The translations under genes were made by a program, and so were the position numbers. From the human T2T-CHM13v2.0 reference genome, Homo sapiens, in assembly GCF_009914755.1 (NCBI RefSeq), contig NC_060947.1: a stretch of DNA of 64,000 bases. One strand, written 5' to 3'. Position 1 is the stretch's first letter, and each line of letters opens with the position of its first letter. A model generated the notes under the pieces. That model ran no database searches. It worked only from the letters and a program-made list of their open reading frames with translations, and had not been told where the DNA came from. This document shows positions 52,486 to 64,000 of this stretch, piece after piece.

Positions 52486-53994
52486 TTTGATATGAAGTAA
52501 GTGCTGACTGCTTACCCTGATATTCGAAATTATATCTTCTTTGCATATTGTGAAAATTAGTGCCTGGCATTATATCTTACATATACAAGTTCAATGAAAC
52601 ACATTTATTTCATTTGAATCATTACTGACAATTAATCAATAGAATACTATCATCAATCTATAGCACCAGAGAGGGAACGTATTCATTCATTTTTAAGTGT
52701 TGTTTTTGCACAAGGTATATTTCATGTGCTATTAAAATATCCATAATGAGGAGATCCAAAATGATAACGAATATTCCAGAATTATAATCCATCCTTTCTT
52801 CACCATTCCTTTGCTATCACCATAATTCATAATTTCACATGTCAACTTGAGCCTTCTAGAGTAGTTTCATGGCTAACTTTCCTGAGTCTGGCCTCCATCC
52901 AGCCAGTTTGTCTTAACTGTCATTAACGGGAGTAATTTTTCTTAAAAACTACTGAAATTATGCCACTTTCCTGCTTGACAAATGTCTTACCACATAGAAT
53001 CTAAATACTTCTGCTCCAATGCCAGTTTTCCATAATCATAACAATTATACTAACATTCACAGGTTCACATGTTTGTATTTAATCCTCCTCAACCATCATG
53101 TAATCTTATAGATGGGAGAACTGAGCCTTAGGGTGGGTGATGACTTGCAAAAGATCACAACCTATATTTGGCAGAGCCTGGGTATAACTCCAGATTGTTA
53201 AGTTCTAAGCACTGTCTTGTCCTCCCTCAGCTGAATCATATTGCCCATAGTTACCTTTCTAACATTATTTCCCATTACTTTTCTACACATAAAATTGGCA
53301 CTTGTCATTCTGCTGCCCATAACATCTCCATAAATAAAACATGCTTATATTATTGTTCATCCTAGCCCTTTAATGGAATGTCCTTTCTCCTTCCCTTAGA
53401 GGACTCAAATTCCACCCATTTTCTAGGGCAACAGAAGCCTCATCTCCTCTGTCTTCATTAATCTCCCTCTTCTTTCCATTTCTGTAGCATATCATGCAAT
53501 TTCCAATATTAACAGACTGTCATCATTATTTTGTGGATGTTAAACAGTCTTTCCAAATCATATTGTGAGCTCCCCAAGGGTAAGAGTCATGCCTTATATG
53601 CCTTTAGTATGCCTTGGCACAGTCATAAGCCCACTGTGACAACAAATGCTACCTACTTAATTGTTATTTTGGCTTTACATAAACCCTTTCCTTTTTGGCC
53701 TTTTCTCAACGAAAATAAAAAAGATTTCTTCAAAGGCTATGGTTGAACTTTAGTCATAAATCATTATTTTAGTTTTGCAATATATAAACAGTAATTGGTA
53801 TTAGGTTAATTTTTTCATTCCGTGCAAATCATGGGAAATAACAAAGTAAGGAGTATTTTGAATGTCACTTGGAATATTCTGCCTGATTTGAATAAATAAT
53901 TTGAAAATGCTGATATTGTGCATTTTAAGACCCCAAAACAGTTCTTTAAAGTGACATACTTAATCATTTATTAAAAACAAGCACGAATCAAATA

Positions 53995-54283
53995 TCCAGC
54001 TATAAAATGAATAAATTCTGTGGATTGAATGTACAGCATGGTGATTGTAGTTGACAATAGTTTATTATTTACTTGAAACTTACAGAAAGAACAGATCTCA
54101 AGTGTTCTCACTACACACACACACACACAGAGAAAGAGACAGATAACCAAGTGTACTGATGTATGTGTTGATTAATTTCATTGTGGTAATCATTTCCCAA
54201 TACGTTTATCAAATCATCACATTGTGTACCTTGAATATATACAATTTTTATTTTTCAATTATACATTAATAAAACAGGAAAAA
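53995..54283 (+). mobile_element. L1MA9/L1MB-type 3' end
   Basis: gtacagcatggtgattgtagttgacaat...cattgtggtaatcatttc...aaatcatcacattgtgtaccttgaa. Confidence 0.85.
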
Positions 54284-54568
54284 TATCACAGATCATTTTA
54301 AGCTAGAAAAATTTAGTAGCAAAGCAGGATTTGCCCCTTTAGATCCTAATGTCAAGTCATACTGTTTAAACAACATAGCAATGGGGAAACTGCTCTAATA
54401 TGCTCTAATATGACACCGGCTAGAGTGGACACGCTAGCTTGTTGCTTCCTTCTCTACCAAGAGCCAAATTTCTCTCCCAAGTTTCTCTTCCTTTCCCCTG
54501 CACCCCTTCCCACCCAGATGTCTGACTATTTTTTAGGACTATTTTAATCTCAGTAATTTAATTTGCAC

Positions 54569-54666
54569 TTTGATAACGTGATTTTAAGTATTTCTCTTTC
54601 AGTAATTTTTCTTCTGAATTTGTATAGGTCTCAAAGATACAAAAGAAGAAAGTTATGAGAGAGATA

Positions 54667-54710
<44 letters not shown>

Positions 54711-55198
54711 ATATATATAGAGAGAGAGAAAGAAAGAAAAGAGAAAAAGTAGATTACACATATGTAGATACAGGGAGAGTCTGCTATTAGATATACTCCA
54801 TACTGGCTTGAGAGACCATTTCTCTAAAAATTCCTAGTGATGACTCCTTAGATGTAAAGTTTATATCCTTTTTGTATCTTTTCTTATTCCTATATCACTC
54901 TTTTCTCAGCTTTCTTACACATTAATGGCTCTGGCATAGGCATTTCCAAGATTGATGGATGACTAGCTAAAAGGTTTCATAGCCCAAGGCAAGGGAGAGG
55001 TCCATTAACTTCACATGGTCAATAATTTCCCTGGGTAATGCACTCTTCTGAGATTTTATGGCTAATAAAATCCATGTTTTAATGTTCAGAAAAATTAAAC
55101 ATCATCGTAAGTTGCCCATTCTTAAAATTATACCTGTCCTTGCCTTTTTGCTGTGTCTTCATTCTTCAAATACATCAGTATACTCTTTTCATATGTTT
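54569..55198 (-). pseudogene. Two candidate fossil exons (55134-55198 ETYEKSILMYLKNEDTAKRQGQ; 54569-54629 TYTNSEEKLLKEKYLKSRYQ)
   Basis: ttttaaag|AAA...CAG|gtataa and cttcttttgtatctttgag|ACC; both open; phase 0 junction compatible; second donor weak. Confidence 0.35.
54669..54730. repeat. Compound (TG)n-(TA)n-(GA)n microsatellite
   Basis: Seen directly. Confidence 0.95.
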
Positions 55199-55918
55199 CT
55201 TTAAAACTTAAATTTTGTTTGCTTTTTACATATTAAGAGTCTCACACTTAGAAACTAATGTTCATTTCCAATGGACACGTTTATACAATTCCCTTAACTA
55301 AAGGAATTAAGCATGGTATTTTGAAACAAAGTATCTATAACTAATAGCTTTAGTCAAATCATGTATTTATACATGATGGGTCCACAAGGATGCCAATTCA
55401 TGAGCTGAAAAAGTTAAAAAAGAAAAAGACGCACTCATCATCAGTTGGGAAAAATAACATAACTTTGTTTCGATGCTGTGTTGTTTAATGAATTCACTGA
55501 CTCGCACTGAATATAAGGCCATCTTTACTATAGTCCCTTTTTCATCCAGAGAAACCTTCTGCAAACTATAACCAGGCTTTTAGTTCAATTTGTCAACTGA
55601 TATGAAATCATTAATTCTTTTATGGCTTTTAATTTTTATATCTCTTTGGATCACAAAACTTTAAAGGGTCCTTTGTATTTTCTAAAATATGTCCCAATGG
55701 GCTTTCAATTTTATTTAAGACAGAGCTAATGGTATTAAATGGTCAAATAAGAGTAAGAAAGAAGTTTACTTAAATATTTTGTACTCACGCAAGTAAACTA
55801 CTATTAATCTATAGTCTTGGGTGCATAAAATCTCATCCAGGTTGCAAATACAAAGTACAATATAGGGCTTCCATTCCCAGCTTTCTTTTGTTTAATGATG
55901 GAATAAAAAACATAGAGG

Positions 55919-56460
<542 letters not shown>

Positions 56461-57264
56461 ATGAGATCATCCACCAAACGAGAGTATATTCAGCTGCATT
56501 CCAGCCTTTCTACTTCCCTTGGCATAAAATGGCTTCCTATAAATTACTTTGTCTGCCATTGGCAACTTGTGAAAGAAAAGAAAATCAAGGTCAAGAAAAT
56601 GTGTTCATTCTTCTGCATGTTAATAAGTGAAAATGGTACCCATTATGGCCCTATGAGTTGTAAAACCTGAAAGAGCCATGTTGGCTAATTATGTTAATAG
56701 CTAGATGCTGGAGGATGTTGAAGATTAAACCCTATACAGAATTTGCCTCATCATCCATTTCTTACCTGCCAATCTGTTCTTACTCCTAATCAGTCAGGCA
56801 GAAAGTGCAGAACTCCAGCCATTGGAAAACAAATGTCCACCCATATTTAACTGTGAGTGTGATGGAATCCTTCATTTTTTATGAAAACACACTGCCTGTG
56901 ATAGAATCACATTGTCAATATTTGCTTGACCTTCTCAAATGGAATGGATTTACCTCTCTATATGGAACTATATAATATATCCACACATAAAAATGGCCAT
57001 TCAGTTCAATCAGATCAAACAAATGCTTCCAATAGTATTATCCCTATAATCTGGTCCAGAAAAAACTCTCCAAATTCTAACTGATAAGATAGACAACTGA
57101 AGCTACTGAGGTGAGACAGCTTAAAATGGACTGCGAGAAAATTATTTAAATGTTGGGCAGGAAATCTTCATTTCTAGAAATACATTAGGTTGCAAAAATC
57201 CATATTTCTTAATACATTAAAACAAATCTCAAATGTGTGCAGTAGTTTCAATCTCAATTGTGTG

Positions 57265-57415
57265 CAGTGGTTTGCAATTTGGGGAAGGACAATTCATTGT
57301 AAGGGACTGTCCCTCAGAGGGCAGGATATTTAACAGCCAGGTCCTGCCATCTAGACCTATAGCCATTGTGACAAATGGCTTTTAGGAATAGAAACAGCCT
57401 ACTATTGAGAACCTC
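57265..57415. mobile_element. MER20-like hAT MITE
   Basis: cagtggtt...acaattcattgtaagggactgtccc...ttgtgacaa...ttgagaacc. Confidence 0.6.
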
Positions 57416-57522
57416 ACATGGCATTGACTCCAAGTAGTTTCCTGTTGCATTCTTTTCCAGATATTTATAGACTGACTGATAAATGTCATACACTTTCCTT
57501 AAACTACACAGTCACAAACTAA

Positions 57523-57867
57523 AATCATGTGCCATGTAACGTTTCCTTCAACAACGGACTGCATATACAACAGTGGTCCCATAAAATTATAATACCATAA
57601 CTTTGCTCTATCTTTTCTGTGTTTAGATGTTTAGATACACACATGCACTGTGTTAAAATTGCCTACAGTATTCAATGCAGTGACATTCTATACAGGTGTG
57701 TAGCCTAGGAGAAATAGGCCATACCATATAGCCTAGGTGTGTGGTAGACTGTACCATCTAGGTTTGTGTAATGATGTTTGTTTATGATGTTTGCACAATG
57801 TTGAAATCAACTAATGATGCATTTCTCAGAACATGTGTCCATTGTTGTCAAGCAATGCATGATTGTA
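57523..57867 (+). mobile_element. Tigger3a-like MITE
   Basis: aacggactgcatatacaacagtggtcccataa...tagcctaggtgtgtggtagact...gcatttctcagaac...gcatgattgta. Confidence 0.85.
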
Positions 57868-57899
57868 ATTGCAACAAATGCCATCACTATTTTGAAATA

Positions 57900-58290
57900 G
57901 TCTTTTTCGTGGCCCATGGGTGCAGTGTGATTTGGAACCTGACCACCTCTGAGACTTCATTTCAGAGGTGGCCGGGGACCAAATCTTTTACTATTCACTT
58001 TCAGCAACACTGGCCTTCTTGCAATTCCTGAAATACCTTCTGCCTGCTCCCACTTTAGGGACCTTGCACTGGCAGATCCATCTACCTGGATGTGTTCCAT
58101 CTGATCTGCACATGGAAATCTCCTTTTCTTCTTTCAGATTTCCACTCATCTCTTCTGAGGGGTCTTCCATGACCACCATATCTAAATTTGCCCCCCCACC
58201 TCATTACTCTCTATACCTTAGCCTGCTTTAGTTTTTCTTCAGAGAACTTACTGCCACCTGCCATATGTTTCATAGTAATTACTCAATAAA
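57900..58290 (+). mobile_element. L2 fragment
   Basis: cactggccttcttgcaattcctgaa...ttagggaccttgcac. Confidence 0.7.
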
Positions 58291-60244
58291 TCCCTTATCA
58301 ATAACATATCAAGATGGATAAGGATAGACTTCTAGGGTTTGAATCTCAGTTCTATACCTTACTATCTGGGTGATCCTGGGCAGGTTGTTTAACCTTTCAG
58401 TGCCTCAGATTTCTCATCATCTACTTCACAAAGTTGTCCCATCTCCTTCCTTAGCACTAAGATACATCACAGTTAGAAAGAACTTCAGAGAGTATTTAGT
58501 TCAATTTTTCCATCGTTCTCTCTTTCTGCCCTGTGTCCCATCTTCTTTCTAATTTTATCTTATTTCTTGTTCTCTACAATTTCAGAATGGTGAAGAGAGA
58601 GAGCCACCTTCAGAGTTCTTTGCCATATTGTATATGTCCCTTATAAGACTCCTACATGAAATATTTCCGTGGCCTTAATTTTATTTCAAATCAGATTTTT
58701 AATAAACACAGCTCTCAAATTGAACTGATTTTCTCCATTATATACTACAAAAGTGATCATTGTTATTTGAGCATTTGACTAATTTCAGTCTCAACAAACA
58801 TATACACTGAACCTTATGTTCTCATCAGAGATTGTAGGTACCGGGCAGTAAAACAGGAGATTGCAAAAAAAAAAAAAAAAAAAAAAGTTTAAACATTGTG
58901 CATGTCCTTATGAAACTTGCAATATAATTATGAATACAAAAAGCAATATTTACCAAACGGGGAATCTTACTTTATTGAGTTTTTTAAACATCTGAGGGGG
59001 CTTTTTGGTCCCATAAAAAAAATGTTTGCTGCTACATTTGGTAAAGTTACACAGTTAAAAACATAGATTTTCTCAAGCATCTAGGCTCAATTATAAATCT
59101 CTTTGTACTGCTAAGAGAAATAGAGCTTTTAATCTAAAATTTAAAATAATCATTTATACTTATTCTTTGATTGATGTTCATTAGCTCCCATTTAACAGAT
59201 TAAACTTCCCTAAACAATTAATCTCAAATAGACTTAATTAAATCCTCTTAAGAATTTTAATCTACATTTACAAATTTAATATATTTTGTTCTCACAAGTT
59301 CTTCAAAAACCTCCCAGGACAGTACTACAAACCCAACAAACAAAATCTTCCTGTTCACTTAAGCAACTCCTGTGGATCTAATAGAGCAGAAACATTAATG
59401 TGGTAAATCAGAACCACCCACACATTCAAATACAGTACTGTTATAAACTCAGTTGGATTATCTTATACCTTTCAAGCCAAAGTTGCAAGTCTAATATTAA
59501 TTAACCATTTCAAATTAAAATTGATTTACCTGCCAGATTCTGCAATACATCAGATTGTTTCAAATGCGTTAGCATCTTAAGAAAACATGCAGAGAAAAAT
59601 CACTGAACTGGCAAAAAATATCCTAAATTTAATATAAAGTAATATTACTATGGTTTCGACTTAATTATTTTTTTCAGTTTTTATAGCTGCAAAAATCCAA
59701 CTAAAGTATCTAAGACTTGGCATTATAACTTCAGCTTGTGGTCAGAAAAATCAAAGTCAAGACACACAAGCTCTCTTTTATAACACTGAATCTCTTTCCT
59801 ATCTGATTTAATTCAGCTAATCTCTTTACCACATAATTGAATACCATATTGTTTTAATAATTTTTCCTGGTTGGTTTTTATCAGCCACCACTACACTATC
59901 ATAATTTTATATAAAACTGTAGAGTATATAAGACTTATAGCCTAATATCTAATAGTTACACTATTCCTGATAAACTGCCTGCACTAAAGGAAACTATTGT
60001 CATCTTACCTTGAAAATTTATGAGTAAATAACTTGGTAGTATTAAAAGATTAGGCTGTTTTAGCTCATTTACATGCTTAATATCAGAAATACCCAATTGT
60101 TTATTAGCAAACCTTAAACCAAAGAAAATATCAAAGCCCAATATTTTAAGTTTGATTGAGCACTCTTTTACAGTGAATGAGAAAAGTTTATTAAAATTCT
60201 AAAAAGAACCTGAAACCAATTTGTGTTTGGAGGGATTTTGCCTC

Positions 60245-60706
60245 CAAAAGCACTATTCACAATAGTCAAGATGTGGAAACACACTAAATGTCATTAGGCA
60301 GATGAATGAATGAAGAAAATGTGGTATATACACACAATGGGACACTATTCAGCCTTTAAACAGAATGATATTCCGCAACATGTGACAACATGGATGAACC
60401 TTGAGGACATTATGTTAAGTGAAATGAACCACTCACAGAAAGACAGATGCTGTATGATTCCACTTACATGAAGTATCTAAAGTAGTCAGATTCATAACAT
60501 CAGAGTGGAGTGGTGGTTGCCAAGGGGATTGAAGGAGGAGGCAACGGGGAGTTACTAATTAACAGACATAAAGCAAAGTTTCAGTCAAGCAAGATGAATA
60601 AGCCCTAGAGACCTGCTGCACGACATTATACCTAGTCAACAATACTGTATTGTACTTAAAAATTTAAGCAGATAAATTTCTTACCACAATCAAATAATAA
60701 AAAAAC
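60245..60706 (+). mobile_element. L1MA10/L1MB-type 3' end
   Basis: cagatgaatgaatgaagaaaatgtggtata...atggatgaaccttgaggacattatgttaagtgaa. Confidence 0.88.
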
Positions 60707-60750
60707 ATTTAAAGCTGTTTTGAAAGTATATTTCAGATGTGAGCTATTAC

Positions 60751-60965
60751 CCATGAAACTATGAGCCGACGGCCCATTTTGATGGATAGAAACATGTATT
60801 CAAATCAAATTTCATTCACAGCCCCTTCTTTCCTTTTAAACTGCCTTAATTTGTTGTATTGATGGCATTGTAAATAAACCCAGAGGTAGAGAATGGAATG
60901 TGCGGACAGGAAAGCAGTTGAATTAACTGTAAAGTACTCTTCATATTATCCGTTAAAATCTGTAC
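60751..60965 (-). pseudogene. Candidate fossil exon, 215 nt: ...AFLSAHSILYLWVYLQCHQYNKLRQFKRKEGAVNEI*FEYM...
   Basis: Long T-rich acceptor ttttttggaaag|GTA and donor TGG|gtaata; residue spacing matches RGS alpha3-alpha5. Confidence 0.55.
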
Positions 60966-61929
60966 CTTTCCAAAAAAAACAAAAAACAGAAAACAAACAA
61001 ACAAAAAAAAGTCTTCAATGTGTTATGTGTTATTTGAAGAAAATTTTCAAGTACAGGCACTTGCAAAGCTGGCTAAGAAAACTATAAGCAATGAAGTAGC
61101 CAAAGGAAGAACGTCAGATGAGCCTGAGGTTTCGATGTGAAAGCCTTGCTTCCTAATTGTTATTATGCTTACAAGGACACCCTGTAAAAAGAAAAATGAA
61201 AGCCTTGTCCAACACCTGCTGTAAAAAGATGCTGGGACTCTAAGGCTTGCTTAAATCATTTTTTCCTGAAACAAATTGCAGAACAAGCCCTAGGCCATTT
61301 AATTTCCAAATACCAGTAATTAAAATGAGTAACATCGTCAGAATTTGGCAGGGCCGCAGCTTTCTTTTCCCTTTTCATTTTCACATAAATTTTAGTGAAG
61401 GTCAGATTTGTTGAAGGGAGGAGAGGGGGCGAAACCTGCCGGCCGTATGCTCATGGGAGGTTAAAATATGACTTGTTCACAGTGTCCCTCATAGTTCAGA
61501 ACTTAATGGTCCTTGACGGGGATAACCTAGAAGTTAATTTTACTCTGTCCCCAAAGCAGCCATTGTCAATGTAATCTTTCTTGTAGACTGAAGGATATTG
61601 TCAACAAATGATGTGACTTTCAATCGCAATTGACCAGCAATGTCTCAGATCCAAAGAGTCATGAATGTGGCTCCTTATTGATCTGTCTCCTACTCCTAGT
61701 GGTAAAAATAGACAACTATTTTTGCCCTACCTCTTGTATAGTCTATTTGTACATGTTTCTCCCTAAGAATGAGTTCTTAATAGTTCTGACATTATTTTTC
61801 TCTTTACTTGAGGTCATAGTCTATTCAACTCACAAGCTTTAAATGTTTCAAAATACAGAGTACATTTGTATCAAGAAATAAACAAACTTTAAAAAGATAT
61901 GGCCAGCTCTTCATCTGGAAAAAGTTGGG

Positions 61930-62130
61930 TAGAAGAGTACAATGAATATGCACTTTGTTCTCATGTTCTGTTTCTCATCTTAGCTCAGCTGCTTACTGGA
62001 TGGGCAAACTGGGTTGAGTTATTTCACCTATCTCCGTCTCACTTTCCTAATCTGTAAAACAGAAAGATTAAAACTTGCCTCTGTGAGAATTCAATGAAAT
62101 GAACAAGCAAAGTAGATTAATTTTCTGAGG
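61930..62130 (+). mobile_element. MIR
   Basis: ctcagctgcttactgg...ctcactttcctaatctgtaaaac...gtgagaattcaatga. Confidence 0.7.
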
Positions 62131-62261
62131 AATAATCTGAATCTAATTTCCACAAAGGAGTCATCATAGATAAACAAATGTAATGTTTCCTTTTCCAGTC
62201 TACCCCCTACCCTAAAGAGAGTAACTAGATCTGATCTTCTGAAGGTTTAGGATCACCTTAC

Positions 62262-62479
62262 CCAGACGAGAGCAATAGGCTTTAGTTTTCAAAATACTAG
62301 CCCTCTGGGTTGATCTCCACAGTGGCCCAAATGGAGGATGGTTGTTGAATCTGTGGAGGCTAAACAGTAAAAGCCGAGGTCATCAGCTTCAGCAAGAGCC
62401 TTAAGTAGCAGAGCCTTCTGGGAGGGACCCTGCAAGAGTAGGACTGGACGCTATGATTGAGAGCCTCTCAGAATGTAAC
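62262..62479 (-). pseudogene. Candidate fossil exon, 218 nt (stops in all frames)
   Basis: Strong acceptor ttctttgtcctccattcccgcag|G and donor TGG|gtaagg in non-repeat DNA. Confidence 0.5.
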
Positions 62480-62975
62480 CTGCGGGAATGGAGGACAAAG
62501 AATCACTTTTAAAAGAGCCCTTCAAGGGCAGCAGGAAGAATTACGGGAGATTACATATTTGTATGAGCATGGAGTACAACCTAATGTACTATTGCAGAAA
62601 AATGAACAGCAAGACTGAGTTGCATGATCTCTCTAATTGAGCCACACGATACGAAAAGGTCAAAAGAAATTTAAAGATATAACGATTAAACCGAGAACTT
62701 CGTGTTCTTCAAAGAATTACTAGATGAGTCTATGAGTGTGCAGGCAGATGGTTTCTTTTTTTCTGTTTGATGGTTTCTGATCACAGATCTCATAACATGT
62801 CCTGAGAGCTGGTTCTTGTTATATTATTTCCAATCCAATCTACAGGATATGAAATATTATGAACAGAACACAATAGGCATTGGGAAAAAAATAAGGCAAA
62901 TCGTGAGGCTGCTGTCAGTGTTTCATTACTTCGGTCATCTTCCCAGGCCTTAACAATTTGTGGACGTATTTTTAC

Positions 62976-63115
62976 CTTGACAATAGTAACAGATTTTCTA
63001 GCCCCGACCTACTTTTGCAGGATATTTAGGAAACCCCAAGTGAGTGTCTGATGTACTGAAAAGCAAGTTTATTCCCAGGCTATCACCCGCTCTACCAGGA
63101 ACACCATATTCTGGG
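62976..63115 (-). pseudogene. Candidate fossil exon, 140 nt containing GNKLAFQYIRHSL...GLENLLLL
   Basis: Acceptor tctttctcttctcag|C and donor AAG|gtaaaa; ENLLL resembles the RGS ENLxFW motif. Confidence 0.5.
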
Positions 63116-63189
63116 CTGAGAAGAGAAAGACTATTTCTGTCTACCAAGTTGGGTTCTTAAGCAAGATTACTTTCAGTCCACATGTTAAT

Positions 63190-63405
63190 TAAGTTTAGTG
63201 AAATAGCTTTCTAAGTTTTGATGCCTGCATATGAGGACATAGATGGCCAATATCTTGATTTCAGCCTTTTAAGACCCTGAGCAAAGGACCCCAGCTAAAC
63301 TATCCCGAATTCCTGCCCCACAGAAACATGATATAATAAATTTGTGCTCTCTTAAGTTTGCTAAGTTTGTGGTCATTTGTTAAACAGCAATATATAACTA
63401 ATACA
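63190..63405 (+). mobile_element. MLT1 LTR 3' fragment
   Basis: atcttgatttcagcctt...ccagctaa...aagtttgctaagtttgtggtcatttgtt...taactaataca. Confidence 0.8.
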
Positions 63406-63429
63406 CATAATATAACATAACTTCCCTGG

Positions 63430-64000
63430 AAACGAAACACCATGGTCAGTTAGATACCATCAGGAAAGTGAAAAGCATCTACAAACTGGGAGCAAATATT
63501 TGTAAATTATACATCTAATGAAGAATTTGTATCTAGAATATTTAAAGAACTCTTACGACTTAATAATAAAAAGACAAATAACCCAATAAAAACGTGCAAA
63601 GGATCTGAAAAGATATTTCTCCGAAGAAGATATACAAAAGCCAATAAGCGCATGGAAAAATGTTCAACATCATTAACTCTCAGGGAGTTGCAAAGCCACT
63701 TTACATTTCACACTTTACACCTACTAAGATAGCTTTCGCTTTACACCTACTAAGATAGCTGTAATGAAAAAGGTGACAGTAACAAGCGTTTGTGAGGATG
63801 TGGAGAAATCTGAATCCTCACACATTACTGGTGGGAATGTAAAATGGTGCAGCCACTTTAGAAAACAGTCTGGCAGATCCTCAAACAATTAAACATAGAG
63901 GAACCACATGACCCAGCATATACACTCCTGCCTATCTTCCCAAGGGGATTTGAAACATATATCCACAGAAAAACTTGTACATGAATGTTCATAGCAACAT
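63430..64000 (+). mobile_element. L1M (MB/MC-type) ORF2 3' region, runs off the window
   Basis: gtatctagaatatttaaagaactcttac...gaggatgtggagaaa...ggtgggaatgtaaaatggtgcagccac. Confidence 0.9.

Larger units (their letters stand above)
56766..60112 (-). pseudogene. Chain of four phase-compatible candidate exons: 60009-60112, 59530-59575, 58608-58651, 56766-56850
   Basis: Donors AAG|gtaaga, CAG|gtaaat, AAG|gtggct, CAG|gtaaga. Spliced frame FANKQLGISDIKHVNELKQPNLLILPSYLLINFQ-DANAFETI*CIAESG-RSLIRDIYNMAKNSE-VKYGWTFVFQWLEFCTFCLTD*E*EQIG. Confidence 0.55.

Noticed and set aside
58865-58887. Isolated A23 run
   Set aside because: No attached retroelement body or clear TSD; simple homopolymer in an L2 remnant.
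59530-59575. Reading this exon as an ATG-initiated peptide MLTHLKQSDVLQNLA
   Set aside because: The ATG directly follows the acceptor and conflicts with the phase of the upstream exon; no evidence for an intact CDS.
63698-63760. Short tandem duplications (22 bp here; also 31069-31102 and 54391-54412)
   Set aside because: Ordinary slippage events with two copies each; not arrays or CRISPR-like.

Overview
Primate (simian, human-like) AT-rich genomic DNA with no intact protein-coding gene, RNA gene or CpG island. More than half is interspersed repeat: L1 (L1PA/PB, L1M, L1ME), L2, MIR, about 10 Alu/FLAM/FRAM copies, a near full-length Tigger1, a complete THE1C MaLR element, several MLT1/ERVL/ERV1 solo LTRs and hAT MITEs. 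The short ORFs in the track are mostly repeat-derived or random. The main unexpected signal lies in the unique DNA between repeats at about 37.9-63.1 kb. Here a series of minus-strand exon-like blocks has good AG/GT splice sites and mostly compatible phases. Their translations, which carry stops and frameshifts, repeatedly resemble RGS-domain helices, suggesting the fossil of a multi-RGS-domain (RGS22/RGSL1-like) gene. That identity is inferred from motif resemblance, not from a database search. Other notable events: two likely L1 3' transductions, a tail-less internally primed Alu, a 290-bp non-repeat insert with a hairpin inside an L1, and a multi-layer TE nest at 23.9-30 kb. Repeat subfamily names are recalled from memory and boundaries are approximate unless a TSD is quoted.
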